Shown here one piece after another: positions 32,534 to 36,633 of a stretch of 36,633 bases of DNA. Source of the stretch: Clostridia bacterium (lineage in GTDB: Bacteria > Aerophobota > Aerophobia > Aerophobales > AE-B3A); NCBI GenBank assembly GCA_030640665.1, contig DAOWIY010000015.1, positions 1-36,633 on the forward strand. Reading direction: 5' to 3'. Every line of letters starts with the position of its first letter. Position 1 is the stretch's first letter. The notes under the pieces were generated by a model. The model worked only from the letters and a program-made list of their open reading frames with translations. It was not told the DNA's origin and ran no database searches. Position numbers and translations under genes: made by a program.

Positions 32534-33490
32534 CTATTCGTAGCTTTGTGGTACAAAGCGAAATTGTAAACAGGTAACAATAAGAATAATCACGAACAGT
32601 ATAAATGACATTGCACATGCTATACCCATTTCATAGTAACGAAAAGCATGATCAAAAAGAGAAAGAACATAGGTGAGACCTGCCTGCCCAGGGCCACCTA
32701 TAGTTCCACCTCCAGTTCTAAATAACACATACACAATGTCGAACACCTGAAATGCTGCAATTAGTCCTGTGACCAGTAAGAAAAACGTGGTGGGTTTGAG
32801 CATGGGTAACGTAATGTAGCGAAACTTCTGCCATGCTCCCGCACCATCAATTTCTGCTGCCTCATAGAGACGTGAAGGAATGCTCGCTAGACCTGCTAAG
32901 AAAACGATCATTGCAAATCCACACTGCCAAGCAGATATGATTGCCAAAGCCGGAATAATCATACGCGGCTCCCCTAACCACCTTTGGGGCTGTAACCCCA
33001 CTGCCTTTAATCCTATATTAAGCAAGCCATATAGCGGATCGTAAATCCACCGCCACATTGTTGCTACCGCCGCTCCAGCAGTAATTACTGGTAAATAGAA
33101 AGCAACTTTGAAAAAATCTTGCCCACGCTGTACGGCATTTATCAATAATGCGAGCACCAATGCCGTAACAAACGAAAGTGGCACTGCAATTCCTGTGTAT
33201 TTCGCTGTAACTCCTAAAGAGTGCCAGAAGTAAGGATAATTGATACGGTCGAATAGTAAGTGCTTATAATTCCATAGCCCGACCCATACAGGGCGCGTAC
33301 GCATGTTCCACTCAGTGAAGCTGTAATATAGAGCTCCTAGGACCGGATAGAGTAAGAATATGAGAAAGTAAAGAACTACTGGGGTAACAAACAAGATACC
33401 AATGAGGCTCTCACCATGTCGAAAACTGCTCATGGTAATTTTTTTTAAGTAACGGTTATAGACTATCTTCAAAGTATCTCTGAACATCAT
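32534..33490 (-). CDS. Sugar ABC transporter permease (MalF/UgpA-like)
   Basis: Multi-TM protein with the EAA loop LYEAAEIDGAGAWQKFRYITLPMLKP. RBS AAAGGAG. Confidence 0.9.
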   Translation of the reverse strand: MMFRDTLKIVYNRYLKKITMSSFRHGESLIGILFVTPVVLYFLIFLLYPVLGALYYSFTEWNMRTRPVWVGLWNYKHLLFDRINYPYFWHSLGVTAKYTGIAVPLSFVTALVLALLINAVQRGQDFFKVAFYLPVITAGAAVATMWRWIYDPLYGLLNIGLKAVGLQPQRWLGEPRMIIPALAIISAWQCGFAMIVFLAGLASIPSRLYEAAEIDGAGAWQKFRYITLPMLKPTTFFLLVTGLIAAFQVFDIVYVLFRTGGGTIGGPGQAGLTYVLSLFDHAFRYYEMGIACAMSFILFVIILIVTCLQFRFVPQSYE

Positions 33491-33508
33491 AGATTGCTCC
33501 TTTCTCAG

Positions 33509-33543
33509 AAAAAAATTGGAGAGGGAGGTTGTCCCCCCTCTCC
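33509..33543 (-). terminator. Intrinsic terminator/attenuator between the binding-protein and permease genes
   Basis: The minus strand reads GGAGAGGGGGG-acaa-CCTCCCTCTCC followed by AATTTTTTT. It lies 34 nt after the binding-protein stop and just before the permease RBS. Confidence 0.6.
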
Positions 33544-33576
33544 ATATACTAGCATATTAACCATGATTCTTCCAGT

Positions 33577-34794
33577 TTACCAACCCAGAAGCTGCTTTAC
33601 CTTTTCAGCAGCATCATTGAGAGCCTCTGTAGGAGTTTTCTCGCCTCCCAGTGCTTCAGAGAGAGCTGCACCTAAAATCTCATCATTGATCTTGAGCCAT
33701 TCTTTCACCCTCGGACGTGTTTGAGCGTATTTCATCTGCTCCATAAAGGCACCTAGAGCTTCATCACCAGCCAACCAGTCGCCCTTGGCAACAGTTAGAT
33801 TAATGGGAAAGTTACCCATGACATCTCGGCTTAGAACGACATTAGGTTCAGCTAGAGTTAGAAATTTGAGCCATGCCCATGCCAATCCTTTATTCTCAGA
33901 AGCAGCGTAAACCACACCGTTATCACCGCCAATATTAGTTCCGAAGTCAGCCTCAGCTTTCCTAGGAATTAGCGCCACACCCCAGTTTAGGTCCGGCCAA
34001 CTCTCGCGTAAGCCTCCTATCTCCCAGGGTCCGGAGATCATCATAGCCACATGTCCTGTTTGAAAACTGTTCTCGCTCTCGATAACCTCAAATGGGGAAT
34101 AAGCCAGAAGATCTACCCATAGCTGCAGTGCATCAATCACTGGCTGCTCAGCAAAGCTTACAACCTGGTTTTCCTCATCTAGCAGTTGGCCGCCAGACGC
34201 TGCCACAAAAGAGTGCCACAGCCAAGCACCCCAGCCGCCGCCATAATGGCCCCAACTAAAACCGAAAGCAGCAATCTGTTTATCAGGGTCATAAACTTCC
34301 TCAGCTACCTGTATCAGTTCATCCCATGTCTCAGGAATATCAGGCACAAGATCCTTGTTGTAATATATGGCTGTACATGTCTGAGTGAGAGGTAATCCAT
34401 ACAATATACCTTCAACCCTGTTGGTATTAAGGGCCCCCTGATAGAATATGGATTCGTCAATCCGGCCCTCTGGAACAGGATCAAGCAGTCCATCCTCAAC
34501 GAACTGAGCCACTAGCGGTTGATCCAGGTATGATGCATCTGGTACCTCTCCAACCGCGATGGCAGTGTTCAACTTGGTGTTGAAATCACCCTTCGGTATT
34601 GGTATGATATTTACTGTGTTACCCGGAGAAAGAGCCTCAAAATCGGCTCTAAGCTGCTCTAAGGCTTCGCCGGCAGGGCCACTAGGCTCATAAATCCAGA
34701 AATCAATTGATGCGCCAAATGCTGCTAGTGTTGTTGTCAGAATGGCCCCAACCACCAACAATACGGTCAATCCAACAAAACGCTTAAAAGACAT
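33577..34794 (-). CDS. Extracellular/periplasmic sugar-binding protein of an ABC transporter
   Basis: RBS AAGGAGG. The signal peptide MSFKRFVGLTVLLVVGAILTTTLAAFGA-S has no lipobox. 405 aa with a Trp/Asp/Gly-rich CUT1-type pattern. Confidence 0.9.
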   Translation of the reverse strand: MSFKRFVGLTVLLVVGAILTTTLAAFGASIDFWIYEPSGPAGEALEQLRADFEALSPGNTVNIIPIPKGDFNTKLNTAIAVGEVPDASYLDQPLVAQFVEDGLLDPVPEGRIDESIFYQGALNTNRVEGILYGLPLTQTCTAIYYNKDLVPDIPETWDELIQVAEEVYDPDKQIAAFGFSWGHYGGGWGAWLWHSFVAASGGQLLDEENQVVSFAEQPVIDALQLWVDLLAYSPFEVIESENSFQTGHVAMMISGPWEIGGLRESWPDLNWGVALIPRKAEADFGTNIGGDNGVVYAASENKGLAWAWLKFLTLAEPNVVLSRDVMGNFPINLTVAKGDWLAGDEALGAFMEQMKYAQTRPRVKEWLKINDEILGAALSEALGGEKTPTEALNDAAEKVKQLLGW

Positions 34795-35062
34795 TTTTAC
34801 CTCCTTGTTTTCATGAAACTTTTGACATTACCTTTTCTTTTTGTTCGCTATTTTTTTTCTTCATCACCTCCTCTCCTCGTAAATATAATTTTGCAACAAA
34901 TTTGGCCAAGACCCTATTTTAATTTATATGCCTTGTACCTAAACTTCAAAATTTTTAGAACACAGCAACTTCTCAAAAAGAGAAAATTCTCAGAGTCCCT
35001 TCCTTTCTGTGGGAAAGCAAAGGGTATGATCTTCCTTGCTTTGAAAGCCACAGAGTGTAGTA

Positions 35063-36295
35063 TCATATTCTCACAGTTGCTTTACTCAGTGGGATACTCA
35101 ATTGCTGCAGAGCAAGAGTCGCCGCACCAATAGCTACATCATTGTCCTTCAAAGACGCAGGTAATATTCTGATTTTCTCAGGTGAAAGCATAAAGACTCT
35201 ATTTTTGATGGTTTCCCTGGCTGCTTCAAGGAATAGTTTTCCAGCCTGTTCAGCTACCCATCCCCCTATAATTACAGCTTCGGGAGCAAAAATATTAATG
35301 AGATTAGCCACTCCGATTCCTAGGTAATGACCTGCCTCCTGGACAATTTCGGAGGCCAGGGAGTCGCCTCTTTTGGCTTCCTCTATGACCATATCCGCCG
35401 TTATATTCCCTTTATTTTTATTCAATACGTCAGCCAATGAAGAATTGGGATGCTCACTTATGCGAGCCAGGGCCCGCCTCACTAAACTGGGGCCAGCCGC
35501 TAATGTCTCCAGACATCCTCTGTTCCCACATTTACATTTAGGGCCCTCGGGTAGAACAGTAGTGTGCCCAATCTCTCCCGCTGCCTCTTCAAAGCCTCTA
35601 TATAGATTTCCATTAATTATTAATCCTGCTCCTATACCCGTTCCCACAATAACGCAAGCAAAGTTCTTTATCCCCTGGCCTGCCCCGAACCACCTCTCGC
35701 AAAGGGTCATAGCTCTGACACCGGTATCGATAAATGTAGATATACCCAGCTCTTTTTCGATAATCTGCGCTATAGGAACATTTTTCCAGCCAAAATTTGG
35801 GGAAAACTTTATTATTCCCGCTTGAGTATCTAAGGTTCCCGGAACTCCAATGCCAATTCCGAGGATATCTCCCTTATCCACTTTAGATTGCTTTATTCGC
35901 CCTCTAATTGATTCAAGGAGGAGATTTATTACCTTATCAACTTCTGCAATCATTTTCATAGCGATTTTCTCGCGGGAGAGATAATTAATTTCTAAATCAG
36001 TTAAGACTGAAACCGAATATGTTTCGCCTAACTCTACACCAACTATATATTTGGCGTTAGCATTAAATTCCAAAAGATAAGGTTTTCTTCCTCCGCTTGA
36101 ATCCCCAATACCTGTTTCCTTGATTAATCCTTCTGCCATTAGATCTTTTACTATTCTTGTGATTGAAGGTGCACTGAGGTTAGTCTTTCTGGCGATTTCA
36201 GCTCTGGAGATTGGCCCCTGTCTTCGGATGAGTTCCAAAAGAATGGACCTATTATGGACGCTAATGTGCTCGGGTTTCATAGTAAAATTTCTCAT
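35063..36295 (-). CDS. ROK-family transcriptional regulator (wHTH plus sugar-kinase-like domain)
   Basis: N-terminal HTH NRSILLELIRRQGPISRAEIARKTNLSAPSITRIVKDLMAEGLI. ROK glycine motifs (GIGIGVPG, VGTGIGAGLI). Zinc motif GHTTV...CKCGNRGCLET. Confidence 0.88.
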   Translation of the reverse strand: MRNFTMKPEHISVHNRSILLELIRRQGPISRAEIARKTNLSAPSITRIVKDLMAEGLIKETGIGDSSGGRKPYLLEFNANAKYIVGVELGETYSVSVLTDLEINYLSREKIAMKMIAEVDKVINLLLESIRGRIKQSKVDKGDILGIGIGVPGTLDTQAGIIKFSPNFGWKNVPIAQIIEKELGISTFIDTGVRAMTLCERWFGAGQGIKNFACVIVGTGIGAGLIINGNLYRGFEEAAGEIGHTTVLPEGPKCKCGNRGCLETLAAGPSLVRRALARISEHPNSSLADVLNKNKGNITADMVIEEAKRGDSLASEIVQEAGHYLGIGVANLINIFAPEAVIIGGWVAEQAGKLFLEAARETIKNRVFMLSPEKIRILPASLKDNDVAIGAATLALQQLSIPLSKATVRI

Positions 36296-36420
36296 TTTTT
36301 GATTTTCTCCCTTTTTTCCCGATCCTGAAGGAGGTGAAAAATAAGCAGGTTTGCTAAAAAAAGTCTATTCCTTCAGAATCAAAGTTTGAATTTTCAAGCC
36401 TATTTCTTCGGAATCAAACT

Positions 36421-36476
36421 TTCTTACTAACCTTATGTAAGTAAGTTTATTATATAACATTTTATTTATCTGTCAA
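36421..36476 (-). promoter_or_regulatory. Consensus promoter of the ROK gene (TTGACA, 16 nt, TATAAT), followed at once by ACTTACTTA and an imperfect inverted partner
   Basis: The minus strand reads TTGACAgataaataaaatgttaTATAATaaACTTACTTAcataaggtTAGTAAGaa. The 9-mer equals one arm of the palindrome at 19239-19260. Confidence 0.5.
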
Positions 36477-36622
36477 GGGGTGGGGCAAAATTTGTGAAAT
36501 AAAAATTAAAATTGCACTAATTAAAATTTAAAAGTGCACTATATCCACAGGTTAGATCTTTCTTAAAAGACAGATTAGATATGCTATCCTTCTTCTTAAA
36601 ATAATATGAAGGAGGATAGACT

Positions 36623-36633
36623 ATGACGAAACA
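36623..36633 (+). CDS. First codons of an unidentified CDS that runs off the window
   Basis: ATG 7 nt downstream of GAAGGAGG. Only 3 full codons are visible. Confidence 0.3.

Noticed and set aside
35007-35053. Imperfect stem-loop after the ROK gene as an intrinsic terminator
   Set aside because: The stem has a bulge and no U-tract follows on the transcribed strand. It may affect RNA stability, but it is not a supportable terminator call.
35373-35825. 150-aa plus-strand ORF, and similar antisense ORFs (for example 6564-6974, 34813-35133, 5441-5698, 15220-15447, 16833-17183)
   Set aside because: All lie antisense to, or overlap, strongly supported genes. They have odd Ser/Pro/Leu-rich composition and no RBS. 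These are typical shadow ORFs.
36492-36509. TTGTGAA half-site near the right edge as a Rex operator
   Set aside because: The expected partner TTCACAA is absent at the correct spacing. It is only A/T-rich filler.

Overview
This is a 36.6-kb AT-rich chromosomal segment. By eye I found no rRNA, tRNA, CRISPR array, transposase or integrase. The source looks like an uncultured anaerobic, sugar-fermenting and probably diderm bacterium. The proteins are rich in Lys, Glu and Ile, both sugar-binding proteins have signal-peptidase-I type leaders without a lipobox, and Rnf, Rex and an archaeal-type shikimate entry are present.

Gene content, left to right:
- Minus strand: ABC-F ATPase, then rex-rnfD-rnfG-rseC.
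- An orphan GspG-like pseudopilin.
- An AraR-like regulator with a sugar ABC transporter, a GH42 beta-galactosidase and a decayed glycosidase remnant.
- A small DUF5678-like ORF.
- A long minus-strand gene string: aminotransferase, aroA' (ADH synthase), aroB' (DHQ synthase II), HAD hydrolase, araB, araD.
- A TetR-headed cluster: gpgS, a histidine-phosphatase-type gpgP and two GT4 glycosyltransferases.
- A convergent ROK-headed operon: binding protein, two permeases, a divergent GH35-like enzyme, a GH94 phosphorylase and a GH35 beta-galactosidase.

Bottom line: I do not see a defence island or a block of unknown proteins. Nearly every long ORF belongs to a recognisable family. Standard feature types leave four things unexplained:
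1. A family of short tandem repeats (period 7 or 8 nt, each unit carrying TAG, TAA or NAG) sits at gene junctions. Two of them form UAG-N4 arrays on the mRNA across stop codons.
2. A 9-bp operator half-site is shared by the TetR and ROK promoters, and two other promoters share a near-identical 30-bp module.
3. The gpgS-gpgP-GT4-GT4 cluster probably makes a glycosylated glycerate solute.
4. Archaeal-type aro genes are strung together with araBD, and no araA is in the window.

All compositional statements rest on hand counts of single 60-nt lines and need recomputing.
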